A stretch of DNA of 63,034 nucleotides, the filler included, from Diploschistes diacapsis (Eukaryota): the NCBI GenBank assembly GCA_023645945.1. It is 21 parts of 21 records of this genome, joined end to end, with 100 filler letters (N's around TTAATTAATTAA, not from the genome) between each part and the next. Parts side by side here need not be neighbours in the genome. Positions count along the whole stretch, not along the records: positions 1 to 19,426 come from JALAIB010000372.1; 20 more parts are not named here. One strand, written 5' to 3'. The position numbers were made by a program, and so were the translations under genes. Shown here in pieces: positions 1 through 12,306 of this stretch (position 1 is the stretch's first letter; each line of letters starts with the position of its first letter). The notes beneath the pieces were generated by a model. That model ran no database searches. It was given only the letters and a program-made list of their open reading frames with translations, and was not told the origin of the DNA.

Positions 1-271
1 CACACCTCCAACAGCGTTCGTCACATTATTCAGGTCCGCTCTCTTTTGAACTTCTCCGAGGCCGTCTCCGATATCTGTTCCCGACGTCTTCCCGGACTTG
101 GCACGTCCGGCGCCAAAGAAGCTCGAGAAGCGAGATGGAGCTGGCGGAGACAAAAAAGAGAACGGACATGCCAAGTCCGGGAAGACGTCGGGAACAGATA
201 TCGGAGACGGCCTCGGAGAAGTTCAAAAGAGAGCGGACCTGAATAATGTGACGAACGCTGTTGGAGGTGTG
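1..271. repeat. Perfect 103-bp inverted repeat (1-103 vs 169-271) at the contig start; probable fold-back chimera
   Basis: Bases 1-103 are the exact reverse complement of 169-271, and pairing extends to 109/163 with one mismatch. This is why ORFs 46..246(+) and 26..226(-) begin with the same peptide. Confidence 0.95.
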
Positions 272-400
272 AAGGAACAGACGGACGGCGTGACCAAGAA
301 CCTCCCAGTGGATGGTGCAACCAAAAACTTACCTGTGGATGGCGTCACCAAGAATCTACCTACCAACGGCGTCACTGGCGATTTGCCCGTCGGTCTTTGA
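98..400 (+). CDS. 3' part of a small repeat-containing, probably secreted protein (5' end lost)
   Basis: Open frame with two KR dibasic sites (LEKR, VQKR). Four 9-aa repeats (DGVTKNLPV-like, 27-nt period, 284-391) differ largely at synonymous positions. Stop TGA at 398-400. Confidence 0.65.
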   Translation: MARPAPKKLEKRDGAGGDKKENGHAKSGKTSGTDIGDGLGEVQKRADLNNVTNAVGGVKEQTDGVTKNLPVDGATKNLPVDGVTKNLPTNGVTGDLPVGL

Positions 401-956
401 TGGCAGTAAGGAAGGTCCTTTGCTTTTATACGACCGAACCTTGTTGTTGTCCGCTACGTCTTTTCCACAGCATCAATATTTCCAGTTTATGTTTTAAGAT
501 ACCCCAGCGGTAACAGATCGTGCGTTAATTCTCTCGGATATTGCATTAGCTAGCATTGTCAGACGTCTATTCAAGGATGCATCATGTATGAATATTGATG
601 CTGGAGTATATCCAGACGGTCCTGGAATAGGGCAGTATTTGCATGAGAAGCGCAATGCTCTGCATATAATTTGAATGACCAAAATCCTCCTTGTGAAATC
701 GAAGGAAACAACATGAAGTTCTCGTGCGTGTATTAATTACATTGCTGGTGGTTGGCTTTGTGCTTTGAAGAAATTGGGATGGGCTGGGGTTTTTGTGAGC
801 TCTCTCTCTATGGACGTGATTTTGGGACATGTGGGTTGAATGTTGTTGACGGCTACAAGTTTGGAATTTCACAATGCTGGGCAAAGGTCGCGTCATTCGG
901 GTCAAAATCGAGGGTCTGATTTTTTGAGCGTTCCCTGTTTCAAGTCCCCGGTTGGT

Positions 957-957
<1 letters not shown>

Positions 958-996
<39 letters not shown>
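958..996 (+). repeat. (GCT)13 microsatellite
   Basis: Read directly; intergenic. Confidence 0.95.
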
Positions 997-1341
997 ACTG
1001 CTACAGATTCTACTGGTACCCGATTCTCCATGGTCGTTGAATTCCAAATCGTGCTTCTGACGGAAGTGTTTGAATACTGTCGAGTAACAGGGAGAGGGCG
1101 TGGTTCTTGTATGTAAATTAGCCCTGTCAATGTGGGCGAAAAGGTAATCAGGAAGAGATTACGAGCCTAGAGTGTCCAGATGTCGCGATACGGTACAGCA
1201 TAGAAAGAGAACAAAATGGGTTTTTATTGTTTTGATTCTCGATCCACAACTAGCTGCTCTCTGCACTAATCACACACTACACAACTTCTCCCCTTTCCCA
1301 TCGTCTCCCTCCCATCCTCAACACGTTATGCCATTATTAAT

Positions 1342-2130
1342 TTACAAGGCAATGACGGCAACAGCAGCGACGGCGAGAGCACCGAAGCCAGCACCGACCT
1401 TGTTGGCAGCACCGGTGGCGAATGGCGCCGAGCTCGTGGTCGCGGCAGGGCTGGTGCCGACAGGGGCAGTGCCAGTTGGGGCTGGCACAGCTGGGGTGCT
1501 GCCGGCTGGCACGCTATAGCTGGCGCTGGAGCCAGGACCAACGGGGGTGTGAGTGGCGATTGGCGCAGCGGAAGAGCTAGCGACAGTGGAGGCAGAGAAG
1601 ATGGGAGCACTGTCGGTGTATTAGTTTAAGCGTTTCGAAGTGACAGACCCTGGTAGGTAGCGGAGAGTACTTACACAGAGCTGCTGGGAACGACCATGGG
1701 GACGGATGAGAGGCTGACAGGGGGGATGACGACGGCGGTGCTGGATGGAGCCGGAGCCACCGAGCTAGGGCTTGGGGCAACAGAGCTGGGGATTGGGGCC
1801 GCACTGGAAGGGTGCTTCTGGGTCTCGGTGGCGGTCACGGGGCAGATGGTGGTGTACTCGGTGGTGACAGTCGTAACGACGATGCTCTCGGCCGGGCATG
1901 AGACCACGGTTGGGGCGCAGCTGAAGTGTCTTTGTTGGCGAGTGAAGATTACAAGACTGAGGGGCGGACGCTTACCTGGTGACGGTGATCTCCTGGGTGG
2001 AAGTGACAGTGCTGGTGGTCATGGCCGGGGCAGATGTGGTCAAGGGAGCGGAGCCAGTGGAGGCGCTGGACGGGAGGTAGGCAGCCTGCGCAATGGCGGC
2101 GAGGGAAGCGACGACGGTGATGTACTGCAT
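1342..2130 (-). CDS. Ser/Thr/Pro/Ala-rich GPI-anchored cell-wall protein (3 exons)
   Basis: Signal peptide MQYITVVASLAAIAQA. Introns 1921-1975 and 1610-1674 (GTAAG..CAG) splice in frame. Contains the SCAPTVVSCPA..YTTICP motif and a C-terminal GPI-like signal FATGAANKVGAGFGALAVAAVAVIAL*. Confidence 0.85.
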
Positions 2131-2542
2131 TTTGACCGATTGGTTGTTTTTCGTGGGGAGAGTTGGTGGTGATTAAGAGATTGGAAGTATTAGATAGCGT
2201 GGATTGATTATTAGGAGTAGTATTTCTAAAGAGTGTGGTCTACCGTAGAGGCAAGTTGGGAAGCTGGAAAAAGAGCGTAGATGTTAGGGAGAAGAAGGAA
2301 GGAAAAGAGGATTGTCGAGGGGGGATGGACAAAGGTTTTTGTAGAACAAGGGACAGACACGTGAGTGAGGAGTGAGTGAGTGAGTGCGAGGAGGAGGAGG
2401 AGCGTGTAAGGCGTGAGGCGTGAGGCGTGGCGCTGTTCTGCCGTGCCGTGTGTGTGTTCATGGGAGATTACTATAATCAGTCAGGAGTTTAGATAGAGGC
2501 TCCCGATAATTGGCCAGAGTGGGAAATTAGCAAGAGGGGGTA

Positions 2543-2618
2543 TACTACTACTACCAGTACTACTACTATTACTACTACTATTTCTACTACTACTCCTACT
2601 ATTCCTACTGCTACTACT
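2543..2618 (+). repeat. Imperfect (TAC)n tract upstream of the wall-protein gene
   Basis: Read directly. Confidence 0.85.
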
Positions 2619-4242
2619 CCTTACTGATAGTAGGCGTTGGGGTTCCTGCATTAGCACAGCCTTGGCCCGTGAGTTTCTTCCAATCAACGCTCGGAATTCA
2701 AAACTTTACGACCCACATTCACTCGTGTCAAATCAAACTACTGATTAGGGGTCTTCAGAAGCTGCTACTATTGGTCCCGGCTGAGGAAGGGCTACTGGTT
2801 GCTTGTTGGGGGCAGTTTCTTTAATTACAGGCACCTTTTTCGATTTCTTCCACCAAGCTACAGAAACTCTTCCCTAGCTGCCGCCTTGCCATCACTGCAG
2901 AGTGTATAGACTTCAAGAAGCTTGGCCAACCCTGAATACATCCAATTACCTTACAGCGCGCCCGGCTTTCGATGCCAAGCGTAGGAAGCGCTCATTGTGG
3001 ACGCTTGGTGATATTGAAGCATTCTGAAGGCTTCAGGAATTTAGACTTACAGCTATAGAATCTGTAACTGACTGTAAGGAGCAGGAGCTTCTAGAAAGCG
3101 GCACTGGGAGAGGCTGAATTGAACAACTTTACGGTGAGCAACACGCAGAACAACATGCCGTGTAACCTGAGGATCCAGAATCGGAACAGGCGTGCGCTGC
3201 GTTACGCCATTTGCTAGAATATCTCAAAGTCATCAGCCCGGGGAAATTAAAGGTTAACAAGACCGCAGGCCAGGTATCGTATGTTGATCTGAACATAAGA
3301 GCCCTTTCCCTATCCTCTACCTCGCCAGCATTTGGGGAAAACTCGCGCTTCTGTTGCACTCACTCTCTCACTCTCTCACATATCCAGCACACCCCAGAGT
3401 GCTTGATAGCTATACAAGCTATCTATCAGACCCTTGCAGAGGAAAGAATAAGCGAGATTAAATGCCAAGACTTGGCGGTACAGGAACAGGTTTAGCGTCA
3501 ATCATTCTCCAAGTTTTTCCGACCCGGACGCGGAGATTCAAACTGCCGGTCCCGGTAAACTGCTGCCACTAGATTTTCGTCCAAGCTTCTCTTCTTCATT
3601 ATGGACCATCATGCAAATCTCTATCTACCACGCTGCTCGTTCCGATGGATCCATCAAGGGCTCGTGGAAGATACAATTGGGAGGGCGAAAAAGCAAGCAT
3701 ATCAAGATTCTTCTGTTGGCTTTGGGATGAGCAGCCCCAAACTGAACTTGAACTTGAAGTTGAAATTTGAAAATTGAAGCTCATCATAAACATGCGCTAA
3801 ACCTGATAGGGAGTATTATCGTCATCGATTTGCTGTAACGAGCCCCCCGCCACTCTATCTGGCAAGCGCCCAAGCCCCATACTCGATCAAAGGCTTCTTC
3901 GAGTGCTGAGAGAGGAAGGTACGAAGAGAGCTCCACGTTACAATGTGGGCATAATGCACGCATCATGCGAGGCAAAGAAAGCGCTCCGATATCTGAATCT
4001 TGCTCTATCCACTCGGTGCGGCTGGGACCTTCAAGTTGTTTCAGAAGACTGGAACTTGGGCAGTGGCATTGGGACTTTCCTATTCCGGTTTCTTTTCTAT
4101 GGCGTCACTTGGGCCTGTCTGAATATATAGGCAGCCGCCCCATTCTTCCAGTGCTTTATATGTACTCTCTACCCCTGCTCAACCTTCTTCTGAAGTCTTT
4201 CACAAGTCTTTTTTCACCCTAGTTCTTTACAAACTCTCAAAC

Positions 4243-5570
4243 ATGCGTTCCTATGTCGTTTCTCTCTTGGCACTTGCAGCCACTGGCTCTGCTCAGATGA
4301 TGAATCTGGCAGCAGCTCTTGCCAGCAGCTCCCAGCTATCCAATCTAACACGCGTCCTGAGTTCCTTTCCTGAATTCACGGCAGGACTTGCAAACGCAAC
4401 CAACGTCACCATTCTAGCTCCCTCCAATGCCGCCTTTGATAAATTGGCAAACAGCTCAATCCTTTCCGCCATTTCGTCGAACGACTCGAGCACCTTGGAA
4501 GCCCTCATCAATTATCACGTCCTGAATGGCACATACAACTCATCCCAGATCATGCAGTCGCCGAGCTTTATCTCAACCCACCTTACTAACATGATGTACG
4601 CCAACATCACTGGAGGTCAGCGTGTCGAGGCCTTGAATGCTAGTGGGAACATCACCTTCTACTCGGGTCTTCTTTCAAACTCAAGCGTTTCCCAAGCCGA
4701 CGTCAAATTCTCCGGGGGCATAATTCATATAATAGACACTTTCCTTACCCCTCCCGCCAACATCTCCAGCTCGGCCGAAGCACTAGGCTTGTCTTCCGCG
4801 GTCGGGGCGCTGCAGCAGGCCATGCTGGCTACTGCCCTTGACTCTGCCATGGATATCACCGCCTTCGTTCCCATGAACGATGCTTTCCAGTCAATCGGAT
4901 CTGCGCTTATAAATGCAAGCATGAGCGAGCTGACCGGGTTGCTTGAGTATCACGTTGTCAATGGTACGGTGGCCTACAGCTCGGATGTCATGAACGAGAC
5001 AGTCAAGACCATGCAAGGCAACAATTTGACCCTCAGAGTCGAGAATGGCTCCATCTACGTTAACCAAGCAAAGGTCATCATTCCGAACGTGCTCGTTTCG
5101 AACGGTGTTGTTCACGTTATCGATGGGTAAGTCTGTCTACTCTCCACTTCGGTCTTGGATACCCCTGGACGCTTTGAATTATTAGAAGCCTTCCCCTTGT
5201 CTACAAGATTAGTACATCTTAGTCCAAATCGTTTGAACTGGAATGTTGATTGAAACCAACTGATTGAAACAGTGTACTCAATCCAAACGCCACATCGATG
5301 ATGCCGAACACGAACCCAACTGCAACGGTTGCCTCTGGTGCTTTCTCTGGTGCTAGCTCGGCAACCATGGCTCCTTTCACATCCGGTGTTCCTACACCTA
5401 GCACGACCATCGCAATCCCATCTGCTGCAACGGCCGCGGCTGCAGCTGGTGCAGGTGGAGGCAGTGGAATGTCAAGCTCAAGCTCTGGCGGAGCGGCAAA
5501 GGCTACTCAGATCGCTGTGGGCGCGATGGGAGCTGGCGCTTTGTTTGCTGGAGCCTGGATGGGCGTTTAG
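4243..5570 (+). CDS. Secreted fasciclin protein (2 FAS1 domains), probably GPI-anchored
   Basis: Signal peptide; FAS1 motifs TILAPSNAAF, YHV, GIIHIID, TAFVPMNDAF and NGVVHVID. Intron 5127-5272 joins to a Ser/Ala-rich tail with a hydrophobic C-terminus. Many N-x-S/T sequons. Confidence 0.93.
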
Positions 5571-6018
5571 GGCAAGGGTGCGAGGAGCGGGAAAAGACAG
5601 TAATGGGACTTGAAAAACAAAGGAGAATCTGTAATGTAGGAGCAGAGGCACGAACAATGTTTGTGTCGCTGTATATGTAGCTCGTGTAGAGTTACAGCTT
5701 CGAAATGGAGTGAAAAAACTAGTCTGGATGGAAATAGGAACCTCACTCCCCACCTCGGCTTTGGATGTCACTAATATACCTTAGAAGGATGCAACTCGCG
5801 CCGATTGTATTTGCGCAAGTTGCAATTAACACGAATTCTCGCAAGAACATGAATGTACAATAGTGCTTATATCGGGGATAACGCATGTAAATTGAAGCAC
5901 GTGCAGATAAACGGCCCACGGCTGCCGCTTGCTGGGGCCGCCATGCTTTTATCGGCGTCATCATCATTGAGTTCTCATACAACTGTGATTCCAACTTTGC
6001 CCACAGTCCCTCCCTGGC

Positions 6019-8159
6019 ATGAGCCACAACTCTGCCGTTCATGGCCGTACGGGCTCAAGTGGGGAGCTGATCGGCTCTTCAATCTCTACCAACAGCTCAG
6101 GCCTCGACGAGAGACAGTGGAATGCTCTTATAGGGATAATTACGGCAATTATCGGCAATGTTCTCATCTCGTTCGCCCTAAATCTTCAGAGATACGCCCA
6201 TATTCGGATAAATCGAGAAAAAGCGGCCTGGGAGCTGAGGGGGAAGAATGGAAATTACTTGGAGGAGGGAACACAAGCGGGGGTTGCCAAATGGCGGTTG
6301 AAAGTGAACTTGAAGACGTCGGCGGCTCGCGTCGAAGGCACTCGACTGAACGGCCATCACGACGAAAACACCCCTTTACGAGATGGAACAAGGTCGACCT
6401 ACGTATCGGACCCTGATGTGGAGTTTGAAGGGGTGGAGGAGGACGAGGAAAAGCAAGCGCAAAACAAAAACTATCTCAAATCCCCATGGTGGTGGGCTGG
6501 CATCATCCTCATGACGATTGGAGAAGCTGGCAACTTTCTAGCGTACGCTTTTGGTCGGTAACGGCACGTTCAAACTCATTACTAACTTTCATACAGCTAT
6601 GGATTTGCTCCTGCCTCTATCGTCTCACCTCTCGGTGTTGTGGCTCTCATTTCGAACTGCATCGTTGCACCATGCCTCTTGAAAGAACGTTTCCGGCAGC
6701 GAGACTTTTGGGGGGTCTTGACAGCAATAGCCGGTGTCGTGACATTGGTCCTGAGCGCGAAGAACTCGGAAGACAGAATGGGTCCTGACGATATCTGGAG
6801 CTCAATTACGCGATGGGAGTTTGAGCTGTATCTCGGGCTCACTGCTGCAGCAGTGCTCTCGCTCGTCTGGGCAAGCTCTAAATATGGGAAGCGGACAATC
6901 CTCATCGACGTCGGGCTGGTTGCATTATTCGGTAAGACTGTCGCCTGTTATATGGTCGGGTATCTGACGTCCCAGGTGGATATACCGTGCTCTCGACGAA
7001 GGGCATCGCCTCTCTTCTGTCGGGTACTCTTTGGCGAACCTTGACATTCCCCATCACCTACCTCTTAGTGTTCATACTAGTCTCCACTGCCGTCCTTCAA
7101 ATACGTTACCTAAACAAGGCATTATCAAGATTCGATTCTACTGTAGTCATACCTACCCAATTCGTCATGTTTACTATATCTGTTATTGTCGGGAGTGCTA
7201 TTCTGTATCGAGATTTCGAGTCGGCAGATGCGGAGCGTGTGAGTAAGTTCATTGGAGGATGCGCATTGACGTTTCTTGGCGTCTTCTTTATCACGAGCGG
7301 AAGGAGTTCTAACAAAGGCGTTGAGGAAGGAGAACCTGGACAGAATTCGGAAGAAGGTATCAATCTGCTTGACGAAGCAGATGAGGACGCAGAACCGAGA
7401 GAGGGACATGTCTCACCAACTCCATTCGCTGAAGAGAGGGGTCAACCGCCATATCGAGCCGAGTCTCGACGCGGCTCCCGTCAAGCGGCAATCCGGCCAG
7501 TTGGTGCTGGAAGGTTCCACTCTAACATGTCACATATCCCGCGGCCGTTGACGCCACCTAGCCCGGGCTTAGACTCGCCCTTGATGGACAATCCTTGGGT
7601 AGATACTTACAGCAGTCTGCCGGTCAGAAAATCTCAATCACAGGATACCACTACCTCGTCGATACCTGCCGACTCCTCGGAACCAACGACACCCAGAATA
7701 GAACGGAGGCTGAAGCTGTCAACCGCAGAACGCCCATCCGCCCGGCATCGGAGATCCATCGCCGATATCTTCCCGGGTCCTATATCCTCGCCACTTTCCT
7801 CTTCATTCAGCGGCGTCGCAGCAGATGCACGACGCAAAGAACTCGACGCCACGCCCTCGAAGTCGAAACAGTCGCGCCTGGCGCTCGTCAAATCGCAGTC
7901 GTCGAATACCCACACGCTGCAAAGCCAAGAGCCTTTGGAAAGACATCATTCACCTACCGCTGCTCCCACCACGATCACGGAGGACATCCTGGCCAAGACG
8001 AGGCCGAAGCGAGCTAGGTCGCAGAGCTTGGGGGAGAGTTTGGGATATTTCTTCCGTCGGTACTCGAAAAGGGCGAGGGATGAGGAGCAGGGGCAGGGGC
8101 AGGGATCGGGTCGTGATGATGGTGAAGAGGGGACGTTTGGGCCAGGGCGACAGAGCTGA
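6019..8159 (+). CDS. NIPA/DUF803-family magnesium transporter
   Basis: Motifs [53 protein letters not shown] and QIRYLNKALSRFDSTVVIPTQFV. Introns 6543-6596 and 6932-6975. Start codon is uncertain. Confidence 0.92.
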
Positions 8160-9616
8160 ACCAGTCGAATTCGAAGGTGGGTAGAGAGAGAAGGAGAGAG
8201 AGAGAGGCTGCAGGGCGGGGCATAGTGAAGACGATGTTGGCTTCTCCCTTATCGGTTGGAATAGCTGGTCATCGTTCGAGGCCGCGCTGGCGTTTCCAAA
8301 GTGCAAGAGCTTGAGTATGAGGAGCTCTGCGCTGCAGGTTCTGTGTTATGTTATGCATGGCAGTGGCGTCAGTTCGACTTGGGTGGAGTTCAGGCAGCCA
8401 GGGCACGTGTTACGGTTACGACGAATTGCACGTGTACTAATGGTATGTTTCGATATCGATTGAGTAAAGAGATTATTATTATGCCGTGTTTTTGTTGTCC
8501 GTCGATGATGTCTCGATGTCGATAATATCAAGATGGATAGATACCTATGGTCAGAGCTATAACAAATAGGATTGATGTGGATAGCCTCTGTTGTTCGTGA
8601 GTTCCGCAGACTTGAACGAATGTGTCGGCTACGCAGTGTTCAGCTATGATACCGTCGTTTATATGCAGGTCCAGACCAACTTTCTTCCGTCCTGTAACCA
8701 GCGCAAAGGACACACGGGTGCTGCGTGTCTGATGCCTGTGCTTTTGTGCTTGCGCTCACGCCTATCCTCTGGGCAATATTTTTTGCCACAGCGTATGCAA
8801 CAACACACAGACTGCACCGGAACAGAGCAGAGCCGAGTTTCCAGCCACCAGGAACGCGCCCCGTAACCACCAAACCACCCCGAAGCACGTGTGCTTCGCG
8901 CTTCCAGACCCTGAAAGGACTGAAGAATACCTTTGATGATGAACTTGGAGCTCAAGCTTATATGTGCCCGACTTCCCCGGCTTCGCGGCTTCGAGATTTG
9001 GGCTGGGCGAGTGGGTAGATGGGGCAGCAGGTTTAGGCAATCAAAGAACGACGGTCCATTCTTCACCAGTCCTCATCATACCAAGGCATACGAAGGGCCC
9101 GGATCAGACGGCGCCTCCGATGGTCCCTTGGGCAGGGCGTGATGGTGTGATGTGAAGTTGTGCGACAACTGCTTACTTATTTCGCTTTTGCGGTGCTGGT
9201 TCCCGTGAAGATTGACTTTCAATGCAACATTTTGCACGCGCGCGCAGTCATTAACCATTGTCTTCAACGACTGATCCGTGTTTCCATCGTGGTTCGTCTT
9301 GTAGTTGAGTGTCGAGGGGCCGTCTAGTGACTACGTTGAGGTATAGTTTGCAGCGGTTCTTCTCCCTTGTCCGGCCTTGCGCTGCATCCCTACCTCTACG
9401 TTTAGGCAGATAGGTGTGGTATGCCCCGATGTGGCTATTCGGCTTGCTTGTCATGTAATAGACGGGCGTCAATAGCTGGAGATGCAGACGACGCTTGGCT
9501 GACCGAGAAATTGTCCCTAGTTTCGCACTCCTCCAGTTTGCAATATGCCCCAGTTTGTTCGTTTCTTCATCATGTTTAATTAAAATGTCACTTTCTTCAA
9601 GGCGTTCGATTCTATA

Positions 9617-10919
9617 TCATACGACACAGAAGCCCTCCTTGCCGAACCCGCCATCCGAAGACGCTGCTAGGGTCGTGTAAGAGGGCCGTCGGTCGTGGTG
9701 TATACTGAACGCAACCGTATGATGTATGCTATTGTAGCATCTGTCGGTTAGCGGCCATTCCCCGGCGGTATTGTCGCTTCTAATCTCTGTCCCATCAAAA
9801 ACTGATTGTTTCCTCGAGCTGTCTCTCTTCTTCGACATGATCGAGTTTGGAGGCGCATCAACGTTTTGCGGGCCGTTTGACTGCCTGCTGATGTATTGGC
9901 GATGGGGTCCGTTCGGGGATTTACCACGTATTATGTCGAGCAGGGGTCGGAGGGTGGAGGCGGATCCGCAGACTATGACGAGGAACGATTCGGTTGCAGT
10001 TAGGACGAAGAGGTCAAATGTATCCCAGGTCAGGTCGCTTCTGGCGGTCAAGGATGAAAGATGTGCTGTCTTGATCGCGGCACAGATGCATGCGCTGCCA
10101 AGGGTCAGAGACTTTGCAGACTAATTGTGAATCCGCGCTTACATCAATCCTAGACCTAGAAGCGTGCAGAGACCGACCTTCTTCTGCCTACTGATATTGA
10201 TATGCCATATGATTGAAACTGGTAGGACTGCAAGACTGAAGTCGACTGCCGAGTTCCAGCCTGCAAGAATCAGCCAAGCTCGAGGATAGCTACTACCTTC
10301 CGTCAACTCACACCCAAGGAATATCGAAAAGTTGTCCTGGACCTTTGGCTCCCAACATACAGCTCCGGGAACGGTTTCCCAAAGAGCCTCAACGGGGCTA
10401 CATTGAACGAAAGTCAAGGTGCAGCATACGACGCTGAAGATGAAAGTTAGGATGATCAAGGCCCACAGGAAGACCCTCCTCGCTCGAACGAAGGGACCGA
10501 TGAGTCTTAACATCAAGAAACCGACGGATATCTTTCCTAGACCCAGACTCATGATCGCAGCAGGCTGGCCAATCCAATTGAGTTTGACCACGTCGCGAGC
10601 TTGGTCAGGATGCTGAAGCAGGTAGTACAGATGCCTTCCTCCACCGTAGCTAGCGTAACCCGTGATGAAGCCACAGTATATGACAAACACGATCTACCAG
10701 ATTCAGTCAATACAAGACAAGGAGGTTGTTGCGAATTGAACATACCACTGTCACGAGCATTGTCCAATCGTCTGCGCCAACCACCTTGATCACCCGGCGG
10801 CAATAGAACCTTGCTGCGACAATCATGATTGACAAAGCAGCCTCGGTCCAGAAGATGGCAAGCAGCTCTGGACCTCTATCGATATCTCCTCCTGTGGGTG
10901 GAGAATTAGACATGGACAT
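9617..10919 (-). CDS. PTH11-like integral membrane protein (fungal rhodopsin-domain GPCR-like, no CFEM domain)
   Basis: Motifs ARFYCR..GADDW, GGGRHL, LGKISVGFLMLR, QCSPVEALW, DFSLAVLP..IW..KKVGL and ESFLVIVCGS. About three introns. Confidence 0.88.
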
Positions 10920-12306
10920 GAAGATGACGTGCAGCAAGTGTAAGCTATAAAACCAATTCACTCAACAAAGGAAATCACGAGCTCGAATACGGAGCTATAC
11001 GCAACGATGAGGCCATCTCAGACTGCTTTGTCGCTCAGGTACGACGAGAGGGATACAATGTATTTGTTCTGGACATTTGGCCAGGGCCGTCATTACTTCA
11101 TGCGGCTCGGCCCAGTAATTGAAAGATTGTAAACCCAGAAAACGCTCCACATATCCAATGAATCGTCGAGCATGATCCCTGGCTCGGCGATACGGTGAGC
11201 TTTGTGATCATCAATAAGCTAACGATGGATAGCACGGGTATGCGGATGCCTGTCGAGTCCAAAGCCAGGGAGGCCACGAAAGGCTTTTTGGCTTGCTCGT
11301 TGTGGAAAAAGACATGTCGAACGGGTTTATTATTGATTGAGCTAAGGAAACCAAGCCCGATGTGTGAAGGTGCAAAGGTAGCGCTGACCAACTCGATGTG
11401 GTTTCCTTCGCATGGCCTGCACACTTTTTCTCCTTGCTCCAATGGGATGAAGGGCGTTGAAGCCCATGTAGTTAGTTAGTTATTTTTTGTGGGGTACTAG
11501 AGAACTTTGGCCGCATATGCGATGACAGAAAACAGAGATAGTACGGAGCTTGGGAGTCGATCGTTGTCTGTTGTCTGTTGTCTGTTGTCTGTTGTTGGTG
11601 GCCAGCTCAAGCTCCAGACAGACATTATTCAAAGATTTTCGAGTGATTAATCTCGCGCTGGCTGGATGGATCATTGTCTTGTGGAGATTAGTTCTTGAGT
11701 ATCTGCATGTAAGCAGTATCGGGCCGCATTCATGGTCGGGTTACGAACAAAGAATAGATGTTCAGGTACATTTCGTTTTGTTGTATGTGATAATGCTGGC
11801 CTGGAGAAAAGTGAGGCGACGTAGACGTCGGTGCCGCAGCAGCGGATCGTGTGCCATAGACCCATAGACCCATGGCTGGCGGAACAATACTCATCATCAA
11901 GCATTTTGAGTTCAGTTACAAAGTACAACCTATTTCCCTTGATTGAAGGTGAACATGCGAGCAGTATTGAATCGCCAGAAAGTTGATGATTTATATATCG
12001 AGGGTAACAACGGCAAGCTTGCCCAGGACTCAACTTCCGACAGCGTCCAGCGATGGTGTTTCTTTGGAGGCTTTCCCTATCTTCCATTATAGCGCTGATT
12101 GGCCATTGCCATCTCAGTCTGCGCGCCCTTTGGCCCACATCGCGCTGTGGCTTGAGCTTGGCTAGTTCTAGAGCTGAAAGCCAGCATGATCTTTTCGAAG
12201 GAAGGATGTATCATGCCAGCTCATGTACTCACCATCCTCTTTATGGCCTTTCAGGGGCTCTTATAAAATAAACTGTGTATATAGAAGCGGCCTACCTACT
12301 GTCACT

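Noticed and set aside
26..246. Twin ORFs beginning MNFSEAVSDICSRR on both strands
   Set aside because: A by-product of the inverted repeat; the plausible coding frame is 98-400.
582..1130. Poly-Ala and poly-Cys ORFs
   Set aside because: Translations of the (GCT)13 microsatellite with no other coding signal.
8725..9018. 97-aa ORF with a hydrophobic stretch
   Set aside because: No ATG start, an in-frame stop just upstream and no convincing splice model. A small gene cannot be excluded but is unsupported.
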